Part shown: piece by piece, positions 50,787 through 63,135 of the stretch
Layout: every line of letters begins with the position of its first letter
Position numbering within the stretch: position 1 is the stretch's first letter
Source: Moniliella sp. 'wahieum'
Taxonomy: Eukaryota
Direction of reading: 5' to 3'
Assembly (NCBI GenBank): GCA_003971905.1
Contig: RSEE01000019.1
Coordinates: 682,001 to 746,000, forward strand
DNA length: 64,000 nucleotides
Notes under the pieces: generated by a model
Told to the model about the DNA's origin: nothing
The model's database searches: none
Seen by the model: only the letters and a program-made list of their open reading frames with translations
Program-made: the position numbers and the translations under genes

Positions 50787-53700
50787 TCACAGGCCCAAGT
50801 TGGGCGGAAGCTGAAGCAGCGCCATCAACTCAAACAGCAGTTGATTGTTGGCGCCCGCGGCCGTGGTCGCGCCCGGCTGGGCCTCCAGCCCAGGCGGGGG
50901 CAACGGCGTGCTTCCCCCACGCCGGGGAGGGAGAAAGGATGGGAGGCACCTGGCCCCGGAGCAGCGCCGGGCACACCGCCACTTGGGTACGGCTGTACTT
51001 GCTGCGAGAGCAAGTGAAACTGCGCCATCCCCGGAAGAGCTATTCCAGGCCCGGGCGGCGGCGCCATGCCAGGTACAGCTGCCGTGTCGGGCGCTGGGAA
51101 CGTCGGTGAGGGACGTAGGTACGAACCGAGAGGTGGTGCGTCCGACCGGGTGGAAGGCAGATAAGAAGAGGCAGAAAGCAGGCCCAGTTGCGCGCCAACC
51201 GGGTCCAAGTAAGGTGCCTGGCTGGAGCCGGTGGGACCAGTGCCAGGAACGGCAGCTGGGGCAGAGGAAGCGTCCCACCCCTTTTGGGAGGCCAAAGCAG
51301 GATTGGCAGGAACAGATGTACCGGCGTTCGAGGTGGTTCCCGCCGCTGCGGCCGCCGCAGCGAGTTGCATGCCCGGACGCCATTCGTTAAAGAAGACTTG
51401 CTCCAAGTCAAACAGCCCGGGCGCATAGGACTGGGCCGAGTTGGCCATATCCGGTCCTTGACCCGGAACGCCCTCGCCCGATTGCTCGTACCACCGTGCC
51501 ATCTGGGACCGCTGCTGGTCCTGCGCAGCATTCGCCGATAAGGCCGATGGTGGGAGTTGGGCTTCGGTCGCGTCGGCGCCCGTGGCGCTGCCAGAGTTGA
51601 GGTTGGGAAGAGTGGCGGAGCTGGTGACCGCCGGCTCGACGGGGAACGCCGGAGATGGCTGGGCCGCCCCCTCGGCCTCGCTTGCTGCGGTCGGCAAGGC
51701 CTTGGTCGTGCCCATCGAACTCCTCAGTGGCTCAGGTTGGCTGGTGGGGTCGAGCGCGGGGTCGGAATTGGTGTTGGTCATCATCACCTCTTCGTTTGGC
51801 ACGACAAAGGACTCTCCTCGTCCCAGTAGCCATCGGCCAAGTAACTGAATCCATCCAGCAGTTGCTTGTGCGACGAGGCGGCCGGCCACGTCTCAGAAGT
51901 TTGGCTAGCGCCTCGCGACACAGCACGTACCCCCCGTCGCGCATTGAGCGCAATCTGCTTGTCCCCCTTGAGACTAGAGTTGAAGATGAAGGTCAAGGCG
52001 GCGGTGAAGAAACAATAGGCCAAGTCGGTTGTCAGACGGTCGCCGCGCATGTACTGTGCCGTGGTCTCCAGCATATCGCAAATGACCTGGGCCGAGTGGG
52101 TGGCCTTGATAAACGACTCATTGTTCAACACGTCGGACAGCACTACGCCTTCGTCTTGCGGAATAAAGTTGCGGTGCAACAGCAGCTTGGCCGTCTGGTA
52201 CCACATCTCCACCACCGCGATGAACGCAGGAAGCGGCACAAACTTGGCGTTGCGATCCTGTTTGAGCCGCGCAAGCAGTTCGTCGGCACGGAACTGGGGA
52301 GGGAGCGCGTTATGCCAGCTCTCCAGTTCCTCGTCATACTTGATCACCAGATCGCGCACTTCCTTGCCCTTCTTCCTGAGCGCCGCCTTGCGCCCAAACG
52401 AATGGAACTGAGTCAAGATGCCTTCAATGATGGAGAAGAGCGTGATGGACAGATTGATGCAAGCGGCCACATGCAAGCGTCGATGGCCCACCGCCACCAC
52501 CCGACCAGCATCCTCGTCGGCCGGCTCAAAGTCGTCCAGATCCACCAACTCACCTCATCCTCCTCCAACTCCGAAAGGAAGGGGACATCAATATCGCACC
52601 GCTTCAACGGCACCGGACGACCCATCTCGGCCGCCAGCATCTGACCCAGAATGTAAATGTGCCAAATGAGGCGGACGCGCGTCTCGCGCTCGTTCACATC
52701 GTGCAACAGGTTCAACCGAGGAATGGGCCACCGATGCAGGCCCATGTCCAGCGCCATGGCGACCGACAAGCTATGGTACACCCACGCTTGCGAAAGGTCG
52801 CCCGTGCCATGCGCGTACATCGACAGCAGAAACAGCGCCTGCACCGTCGACAACGACGGACGCAGCCGCGACGCAAACAGGTACCGCTCCGCACGACGAT
52901 AAAACAACAGGCCGCGGTCCTCTTGACCTGCCCGTTCGCGCTGCTGGTCATGGCGGCGCGTGACGATGCACGAAGCGATGGCATACACGGCATAGAGCAG
53001 ACAGGGGTCCAGGTGCTCATGGATCACCGCCGGGTCAATGTGTCGGATGGCCGGCTGAACCCAACGCAGTTAGCTCGCAGCCCCTGGTCGGATGGGGAGG
53101 GAGGGGGGGGCGTTTGTACAAAACGGGCCACTCGGAATGAACGTGGCACCAGTATCGATTGAAGAGCCGTCTACACTCCTCTACCCCAACGGGGGGGTCG
53201 TTGGCCGGGTCGACAAAGTCGATCGGTGCTTCGATCGTCTGAATCTGCCCTGACGGAGCACGTGTGCTGCGCAACGTTTTCAGCTTCCCCTCGGTCGGTT
53301 CAGCCGAGGGCGAAGCAGCCTGGGCAGCCGGGTCAGAAGGTGTAGGTTGGTCAGGCGACGCACCAAGCTCGGCCGAGGGACTGGCCGGCCCAGCCGAGCT
53401 AGTGCGACGAAGGAACGGCAGCGAACCAGCGGGACCTGGTGGCGGGAGGACCAGCGTGACGCTCGGCTGAATTGAGATTGCGCGTGCGCAAAGGTTGGGA
53501 AGAGACGGGGAGCTGGGGTTGGATTTCTCTGATCCAGAGCGACGAGAAGCAGTAAGAGCGTAGCTGCTGGCAGGTGCCGGAGCCGCTCCTGCGCGGCGCG
53601 GGCAATGCGACGCGCGCAGCTTCTTTCGGCGCAAGGGGGGACGCGGAATGGGTGCCACGAGAACGACTGGAATCCTTCGATCCAGACCGGTCGGCACTGG

Positions 53701-54629
53701 GCGGACCAAGAGGGAAAGGAGGTGTGCCCGACGTGAGGGGGGCAAGGTGCGTCGGGACAGAAGCTGCAGGCCCGAGGAAGATCCACGATGCATCGTATCG
53801 CCCCGCTGGTTCACGCCCAGAATGTCACTTTCGTCGCCCTCCCCTCGTGGTTGGGACGAATCGAGCTCCGATGCAGGCACCCAGGATCCTCCTCCGCTCC
53901 CGTCCCACACCAGTTGGCTCGCATCCCCCCCGAAGCGAGGCGGGCGCGTTTGAAGGTGTCCTGCCCATTCGCAGGCGGCGCAGGGCGTTTGCTGGTAACA
54001 TACGACGGCCACTGCCAGTCGGAATTCTCCCGCGCCATCCGTTCCGATGTAGGGTCAGGCCAGGCATGGGGGGCATGAACGCCAGGGTGGCTGTGGCAGG
54101 CCCTGGAGCAGCGGTACCTGGCCTGTACTGCCCCCCGATCCAGACAGGGGCGAGAGGCCAGGGCCCGCACCGGACGTCAGGGGAGGCATGGGCAGAGCAG
54201 CAGGAAAGTCGGCGACAGAGGGTCCGAGGGCGAGAAGTAGCGAGACGCAAGCCTCGATCGGAAGCAAGACGCGCAATTTCCGTCTCGGTTTGCTCTTCGC
54301 CCAGTTTGCCCACCAGGTCGCGCATCGTCGTCTCAAGCGTGCGGAGAAGCTTGGCCTTGACGCTCTCGTGCCACGGAAGCCCTTGGGCGGGCCACGCCTG
54401 ATGGAGGTTTTGGAGTAGTGGCATTCCACGCCGATTGCCAGACACACCGCGCACGACGGGTGGCGGCCATCGCACCGACGCTTGCTGGCGGAACAGCGGG
54501 CACACGCGCGGCGCACCCGCTGCTTCGCCTTGGCGTCGGCGGAGGCGGGCATGCCGCTGGAGGGGAGGCGTCGGTGGCGCCAGGGGCAGACACATCCGAG
54601 TCGTCGGGAGATGCGGGAGGAGACGCCAT
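50787..54629 (-). CDS. Zn(II)2Cys6 fungal transcription factor with Fungal_trans middle-homology region; frameshifted
   Basis: RACARCSASKRRCDGRHPSCAVCLAIGVECHY...RRGPPKG; LFNRYWCHVHSEWPVL; STVQALFLLSMY...AWVYHSLSVAMALDMGLHR; ERETRVRLIWHIYIL. Confidence 0.93.
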
Positions 54630-55149
54630 CAGGGGCGGAGCCCGGGGTGGGGACGGGGGTGGCGAGAAGGTGTTAGGAGGCCGACGCCAGGGCGGCGGGG
54701 CGGGACGGGGCGGCACGTGTGGATATTGAATGTTTCATGGAAGCGCTCGTTATCGATTATCCCCGCGTGCGGCTGCTGATTAAGCTGATTAGGATTGCAG
54801 TGATCCTTCGCCCACCCGAAGCAGCGCCCCCATACTGTGTCGGGCCGGCGCACGCAGCACGCGAGAACACGCCACGGCGATATCGATGGCGATGCCAATC
54901 CACCCCTCTGGCAGGAGCCACGGGGCATTGAACCAAGCGAAGAGGGCCTATGCACAATCATACACACCGCACGCACAACAACAGAACCAAGATATATGCG
55001 AGGAGCAACAAAACCGGATGAACAAGATGTAAGCACAAGTGTAAGTAGGCAGTGGTGGGGCCAGCAAGTGAACCTCTGGGAGAGAGACGTCAAGACCCCG
55101 ACACCATCCTATCTATGTAGCGAGTGCAGCGCAAAGCATCCAGCAGTTT

Positions 55150-58140
55150 ACCTGCCTTTCCTAATACTCCATCTCCACTGAGCGCGGCGGGGGCGAGAAA
55201 GAATACGGTCCCGGGCGATGTGACTTGCGGGTGGAGAAGGGGAAGCGACGTACCATCGCTGCCGGTTCGGCCGGCCGCCACACGGGCAGGAGTGACGTCG
55301 CCCCCCCGCGGCACCTCCGCCCTGCGACCAACCCACGCCAACTGGCGTCGCCGCTTCGTGTGGCGTCGGGCTCATCCGCCGCCCACCCGACCAGCCTTGC
55401 CCGCCGGTAGAAGCAAGGGAGGGCATGGACCAACCTGCTTCCTGCGGCGTTCCCCCACCGGCCCGGGCGTGATATCCGTGTCTGCTGTCCCCACGCCATC
55501 GGCATCCCCGTCCCCCAGTGGTGGCAAGCTGGTTCCCAGCCCCATCCCCATCTCTAGACCAAAGACGCGCGGGGTCGCGACCCATTGGCCTCCAGGCGTC
55601 ATGCCTACGCCAAGGGTTCCCTCTAGCCCCATGGGGGGCGCCAAGCGAGGGGAATGCGTGCGGGGTAGTGAACGCGCCGCCGGTCGTCCAGGCCCAGATC
55701 AAGTTCACGGCTGCCTGATGCAAGGGGGTGCCGAGGCGGGAAGGGGTGGAGAGCAGCGGCGGGACGTGGCGAGGGCGAAGTAGAGCCAGAGTGAACGTCG
55801 CGGCACGGAGACGGCGTACTGCGCATGCCCGCTGCCCTGGGCGGCGAGGGGTGGTGAGCCGCGACGGGTCCTGATGGTCCGACCACTGAAACGCCCCCGT
55901 CCGCTCAGACCAGGTTGCACACATGGAACTTTATCTCCCCGGCATTTCTCTTGGCGCGGCATGATCACCGCCGGATCCGATAGACCGGAACGCCGCTTGC
56001 GTCCCGACATTAGCACGCCCGCGGCGACGGCAACAGCTTCCCTGAATCCGTCTTGCGGCCAACGGTGAGCCCGGGTCGAGCGCACGCGTCCCATACCGAT
56101 GAGCCCGTGCGCGCATGGGCGCCGGGGCCAGGGGGCGTGCGCACCACCCCACTGCCCTCTTGGCAGACCAGACGGGCAGGATCAGTACTGGTGCTCATAT
56201 CGCACCTCAATGACGAGCCAGACGCTACAGAGTCCGAAACGACGGCAGCGCCAACGTCCGCGGATCGCCCCCAAAGGCCACAACGCCATCCTCATTAACA
56301 AACAGCTTGTCCACCATCGGGGTGGGCGGGGCCATGGCGGGCGGGGTCGTAGCCTGTACTGCCCCGGCAAATGGTGGTATATGCTGGAGAGCTGCTTCGC
56401 ACGCGGGTCGATCGGGGAAGGTCCGCATTCCTCAGTACCGACGCCGACGTACTGGGCCTCAGCCGCACACTCGACCGCCCGCGGTGAGGAGAACAGGCGC
56501 GGTGGTCGAATCAGTATCGACCGTTGCCCCCCGATAGCCCCAGCGTCGGCCTGGCCGGGTGTAGATGCGAGGGACGGAGACGTGGCGGGCCATGCGGACG
56601 GTGCAAGCATGGCACCCACTCGGTTAATAGGCCCTGAGTTGCACGATAGCCCACACAGGTTGGTGGTACACCCGCTTGCACCGTTCGCACCGTACCTGCG
56701 GCCCACCGTCGGCGCCCAAGTCACAAAAGCACGGCGCACCTCTGGGGAGCCCTGGTTTCGCACCGCGGTGCCGGAGGACCAACAGGCCCTGACCATGCGC
56801 GGCGAGTCGCGGAGGTGGACAGCATCCACCTCAATAAGTTCGTCCTTCCCGACCGACAGCCGTGCCGCCTCCCCCGCTTTGAATGGGTATGTGGTTTGTG
56901 TCGTTTGGTATTGCGGGGCTGGCAGGTGGAGGGGCGGAAGCCGAAGGGAAGAAAGGCGCCGAGTTGCGTTTGCGTTCAGCTGGTCCTTGCCCTGGCGCTG
57001 TCCTTGGCCTGGGAGTTGAGTTGGAGCGTGGGCATGCGCATAGGGTGGGTATAGCCTGCGCCACCCGAGGAAGTGGGCAGGAAGGAGGACAGCTGGGTAG
57101 TCAGCACAGTAGGTCCCATGGGCAACGTAGCCGGGCTTGTCCCTGCATGAAGAAGTGCCCCCACTTCGGGCTGGAGAGGCGCACCGTGCTTCGGCTCACC
57201 TGGGACAAGGGCCGGAAATGGTGGAAGTTTCAGCAAGTTAGAGCCATTGCTCGTGGAGGGGGGGAGATTCGCCTCAGCCTTGGTCAGCTGATTGGCCAGG
57301 GAGTTGGGAAGGCCGGAAACGGGAGCAGGAGCAAATGCAACGTTTGGGTCAACATGCGCGCCGCCAAGGCCGCTTCACTGTCTGATTGGGCACCCGTTCT
57401 CAAGGGGTATCAAAGTGGTGAGGGAATGGGGGGTCAGTACGTTGACGCGATTTCCACGCTCGTTGGGACAAGGCACGGCGGACCATTGGATGAACTGAGC
57501 GGGCTGAGGGTGGTGCGAAGGAACGAAAGATGGCTGCGGCACGGCTCAGTCGGGTACCGGCGGTGCGCATCCACAGTTTCCCACCCACGCCTGCCTCCTT
57601 CTCACCCAGGGAGAGGGATGGGCGAGACGCCCATTGCGACTCCTCCTTAAAAGAGCTGGCGCGGAGGATGACGCGGCGGGTAGCCCAACAGACTGCTCCG
57701 AGCCTCCCTCTTCGTCGCTCTCGCATGGTTGGTCAAGCCACCGGGAGCACACTCGTTTTGACGGCATCCTCCTTCCGCTGTGAAAGTAGCGTGGCGCGGA
57801 AGGGGCGGGAAAGCGATGCTGGTGGTGGGGAGGCAGGACGCACGAGGGGGGGCAATGGGAGAGGGGGCCGGGCCTGCTTGGAGTTGGAGGCACGGGAGTG
57901 ATGGCCATTGCTCCATGAGGCAAACGGCAGCAGAGGAGCTCGGGCACTGGGCCTGACCAACAGGGCGGGCAATGGGGGGCGGGGCAGGTTGAAGAGGAGA
58001 GACCCAAGATTGGGGACGCACAGGGCCGGCAGCCAGGCCGCGGCAGGGCGACGAGTCGGGGACGACGAACTCATCGAGCAGGCGGTGGAAGGTGCGGTCG
58101 GCGCTCGAGGGAGGTGGTGGAGCAGGATGGGGCTGGGCAT
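55150..58140 (-). CDS. Putative low-complexity protein with one PHD finger (~56605-56735); boundaries very uncertain
   Basis: Reverse-strand reading across two small frameshifts gives CFCDLGADGGPQVRCERCKRVYHQ(P)CVGYRATQGLLTEWV(C)HAC, a C4HC3 pattern. Confidence 0.55.
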
Positions 58141-61100
58141 GGCCGGCGGCTAGGCTGGGTGGGTGGGGGTTGGGCAAGAGGTGTGAAGGCGGGTTAAATC
58201 AAGGATGGCAGCAGTAGGCGCAGGTAGAATGTTGTTTGGGCGAGTGTACTGGGGGCAACGCGCAGGCCCTCAACATTCAACATTCAATCCTCCATCACCG
58301 CCACCATCACCACCGCCATCACCATCTCCACCGCCCCCACCAGCCACCTGGCTTGGGCAGATCTGTCGATCACATGTCGCAGGTATATAACCGGTAACTT
58401 GGTCAAGTACGTTGGCGTTCACGTGTTTAAAAACGTTAACCGTAAGATGCCACGGGTCGTCGATCATTCGGGATTATACGTAGGCCTCAGTGCGTATAAT
58501 GACGAGTGACTACGACCAGTGACAGTGACGTCACCGGTCACCCGGTAACCGCCACCTGAGCCGGCGTCCAACTGCAACTCAACACACTTTGCCACCCGCC
58601 ACCTACGTCGGACGAAGCCTCTCGCACAACAACTCCCCACCCATCCATTATCCATCCATCCACCATCGCCCGGATTTGCGCCTTCAGCCAATTCAATTTC
58701 CCTGCGAATGTGATCACGCTCATGACCGGCTTTTCCTCTTGTTCGGCGTTTCAAAACCCGTTTTGAGTGATAAACGTTAAACGTTTAACTCTCAGCGTAC
58801 GTTCACAGCGGCGCGCGCGCACGACACACCGCCTCCGCATCTGCCTTCGATCTCGTCGATCGGGTGAGCCGCTCAGGCTGAGCCCAGCTTGCATATCAGA
58901 AGCGAGCATCGATCAGTACTCAGTATTACTCAGTCTCAACATGCCAACAGAGAAGAATGGACAAAACACCATCAACACTACATCGGATCAATATCAATAA
59001 AGCTCAGCCTGAGCACCCACCCAACATTGTGGTGCTGGGAAGCCTTCAGTGTAACTACGCTCGATCAAATTCTACCAATTATGCAATCTCAAGCTGCTCA
59101 AGTTTGAGGCCTTGAAACTTGAGGCCTGATGGACCTTCTGATGATTGATGAGCTCTCAAAGTGTTGTGGTGTAGCGACGTCCTGTTGATCCACACGGCTA
59201 TGGAAACCGCAAGGATGCTGAAGCGTATAGGAGGATAGCATACGTGATCGATTGTGGGCGGGAGATAGGCGTTTTGGCGGGAGGACGCGGGACGAGGGCT
59301 ACACAGGAGAAGGCTACTAAGTATGCCGATGTACGGATGTTGGGCTTTTTTCTATCGGTCTCCTCTCTCCACCTCCCTCATGTCTTCTCGGCTTACCTCT
59401 CTTACTACATTACAAATCCGGGCATCAAGGTGAAACTTGCTCTGGCCGAACCACTTGTCTGGCCCGAGCCACTCGCCGGATCTGGGCGACGATGATTTCT
59501 ATAGTCATCGGCTGTCCCGACCACCCTGCATGGCATGGCTGGCGCTTATAATATCGTCGCGGGAATGCTGTGGGCACCACACTTGTTTTTGGTAATGTCA
59601 TATGTTGCCACAGTCTTCTGCCAAGTAGTTCTAACAGTACATGTGGCGACTTGACAGGGTATGTTGGACAAGGCTGTTCGGATCTGGAGGGTCTGGTTAG
59701 GCATTTAGGTCCAGTTTGGGGACGCCACACACAATGACGCTGTGGAAGAAGGATTTGGTATGCAGAGAATGATTGAAATCGTGAGAGATGATGTTGAGCC
59801 TGCGCATGTTTCTTGCACTTGAAAGATCCAAAAGATTGTGCCAAAAGGAGATGATAGAGGACCAGTGGACGGGATACGGAATCTTGAACATGTGTTGACA
59901 AGGCCTGACCCAAAGGAAAAGAGCAGGATAAACATATACCCTCCCCCATTGTCGAAACATATCCATCAATGCAAAATGTCCAACTCAAAGTACAAGACCA
60001 AGAGTCTGCAGCTTCAACGATCAATTCAACAACCATCCATACACTGTGTTGATGCGCAGCGAATGTGATCGTCACGGTTGGGCCCGGTGACGCAAGCCTC
60101 ATAGGCAGGGAAGAGATGGTTCTCAGTGGACGTTGCTGGGGTAGACGGAAACGGAGCAGATTTAGAAGAGTGACGGTTGGATGGGGGGGCATCATATGAT
60201 CGACACCCTGTTTCGAAATGTTGACCACCATTGCTCTCGCGTCCTAGACGGACCACAAGCTGGTTTTTCTACGTCAGCGAGGCGCAAAAAACGTCGAGAT
60301 GCAGTTTGGGGCGGCGTGAGGGGCGCTCTGTTGACGGGTTGGGATTAGGGAACAGGGTGTGCAGATACAAATGTTCTTCTTTGGTAATCTACACATCTGC
60401 AACAGTCGGGGCTAGAGGAGGAAGGCCAGCAAGGTCCTGCCGGAGACTGGGGGGAAATGGTAAGATGAATCGTGGGAAGAAACGAGAAAGCATCGGGCAG
60501 GGAACATAAGCAAAAGGGAAAGAAAAAAGCGAGATACACCGGATGCAGAATCGAAAATGGGGGCGAGCTTAGTCTTTCGGTGACAATATCAACCCCAACC
60601 ATGTCAGGAGACGGAGATGGGGGAAAGGGCGCAGATGGATTGCATACATCTATGGACGCAGAGGAGGTATATGTACCTCCTCAGGAAGGGGGCACAGTCG
60701 AGAGGTGGACACAGGATCTCCCAACTGATAAGAATCACGTCACAGTGCCCATACGGGTCTAGTGGGCCAAGGGCCCCTAACACGGCGTGAGTCTGACAAA
60801 CCACTGTGAGAGAGGAGAGCGAGAGTAGGCTATATGGCCACACGAGGTTACAAACCAGATATTGCCCCCAAGATATGTTGGCGCAACTGACCAGAAGACG
60901 GTTTAGAAAGGAGACTGGCCTAAACTCTTTGGGATCAACCCCACTTTTGGAAAGCATGCAATCAGGTGGGATGTGGGCTCTGCTTGCATATATATAGGTT
61001 GGGGCGAAAAAAGCCTCCATATTACTTGCTTCCCTCCCTTTTTTCCCAACAGCTTATTGGCAGCTATATATATAGATTGCACCAGTCATTATCCCTCCTG

Positions 61101-63135
61101 TACGCTTCCTATTCCGCCAGCTACACCCCCCTTCGCAAATGGCCCTCACTTCTTTTCTTCAACACCTGTTAGTATATATTACCAGCATTCTTCAAAACTG
61201 TATGCTCTCTCTTCTCTTCTCGTCATTAATAGTTACCCGACACCAAAACAACCGTACGAGGTAGAGACGCGTTCGTTTATACGTGATTGGATAAAATCGT
61301 TATTTGTCCATTGGAACCTTGTCATCAGATAGCATACCACACCACAGCGAACTGCCGATCCCGCTGGAAAGAGGCGACAATAAAAAGTAGCGCGACGAAA
61401 GAAAGAAGGGCTGTGGGCGCGAGCTCGAAATTGTATAGACGATGAATAACGGTTCGATGGGCCTTTGGGGACGGTATAGGGTCGTCCATGCGCACCACGG
61501 GATTGGTACGGATGGGTCACTCACAGTGATCCTCAAATAGGCTCTTATACATCACAGTACCGTCAGTGTCCCCCATCTCACTACGATGAGAGAATGGGGC
61601 CAAAATCTTTCACCACTTTTAATGTCACCATCGTCACGCGCCTCCTGCTTCAGTTTCGATTGCGGGGCTCCAGCCCGTTGTCTGTGCATGTTGCTGCTTT
61701 TCGTCTGGGGAAGACATCTGTGACGTATGAAAGCAGCCACATATACCATAGGTACCGCATGCGTACTATACCGAGACCAAAATGTCGATGATCGGTCGAC
61801 GGCCCCGACGGGCGTGACGTAGCGTGTCTCGGCACAGTCACATCTCGCTGGTAGAGAGATGCCACCTGCCAGGCCATCGGGCCCCTGAGGAAGACCATCA
61901 GACCAAGGCCTGATGGACCTGATGACTGTGATCAAAATAGGGCAAAATCGGCTCTGTAGTAAGATCTAAGATCTAAGATCGTATCATCAGATGTACAAGA
62001 TGATATGTTGTGGAGAGAATGTATGACGATATGTACAGGTATACGATTTTTACCCATATAGTATACCCATAGTATAATTCTGAACAGGGGGGTACAGGAC
62101 TGGTGCAGGAGAGCATACTACTACTAGTAGTAGCTTGCCCGGTCGGAGGAAGAGCAGAAGCGGCGAAATGAGTTTCACTCGCAGTATCGTCAGGCACAGC
62201 AGAGCACAGCTCTGTCACGTTCAACTCTCTTACGGATTTTACTTGCGGCCGATGGGCTGTTGATGATCGATGAGATCGATGATGGCAAAATCGTGTATTG
62301 TTGACTATATGATGAGACTACCGGTAGTGACTAGTGACTAGTGACTATCGTGTGCCCCGAGCGGATGTGTGGGAAAAACAGGAACCCTTTAACCAGTAAG
62401 AAGGCATTCTCCACAGCTTCACTAACCTTTAGTTCCTCAAGCTTCAAGCCCTTGGCGACATCGAGGCCCGAGGCCTGAGGCTCCTGAGGCCCTGCCACTT
62501 CGCTTTGCCCCCTTCCACGTGCCATGCTTCCCCAGTCCACCTCAGACGGGGGGGTAGAGAAGGAGGCGCAGGAAAGCACAGGACGATGCATCCGCGACTC
62601 TGGGCCCTGGACTTTGGACCCTGGATCTGGGTGCCTGGGCGTCGGTCCCAGAGCGCGGGGCCAGTGTTTCGGAGATTTGACCCAAAGGCTGCGGCACTGG
62701 CTGGCAGAAGAGCGCCATGCATGATGGTTATGTGTCTCATGTATGCGGAGAACTATGCGCTGTCGGGTGCTGGGGGCCATAATGCATAATGCATAACTGC
62801 CGCCAGGCGGGCTATTCCGAGCCGTACCATAAAAACGGATGGGGTGTGCTGGTGGTGCTTTCATATGTCCTCGCCCCCTTTGTGTTCTTGCCCTCCGTCT
62901 CCCCTGCCACCCGTACCCCTTCTCCCCCCGCCCGTTTGGTATCTGCCAGCAATGCCACAGCTCCCCGACCTGGCCCTCGCCTGCCCCCCCGCCCTGCCGT
63001 CACGCCTGCCAGCTGCAGCACCCCAGCCTCAGCCCCATCCTATCCGCCATCACACTGCCCCCTTTCCCCATCTGTTCCCTCCGCAACCGCTTCCCTTTCC
63101 TCTAGGTCCCATCCGCGCGCATCCGCTTCTCGGGC

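Noticed and set aside
512..54629. Programmed ribosomal frameshifting or RNA editing as the cause of broken ORFs
   Set aside because: The shifts are numerous, show no shared slippery motif that I could see, and affect all gene classes; sequencing error is more parsimonious.
58700..62400. Annotating the island as a transposable element
   Set aside because: No terminal inverted repeats, LTRs, transposase, integrase or RT motifs were detected; it is kept only as a finding.
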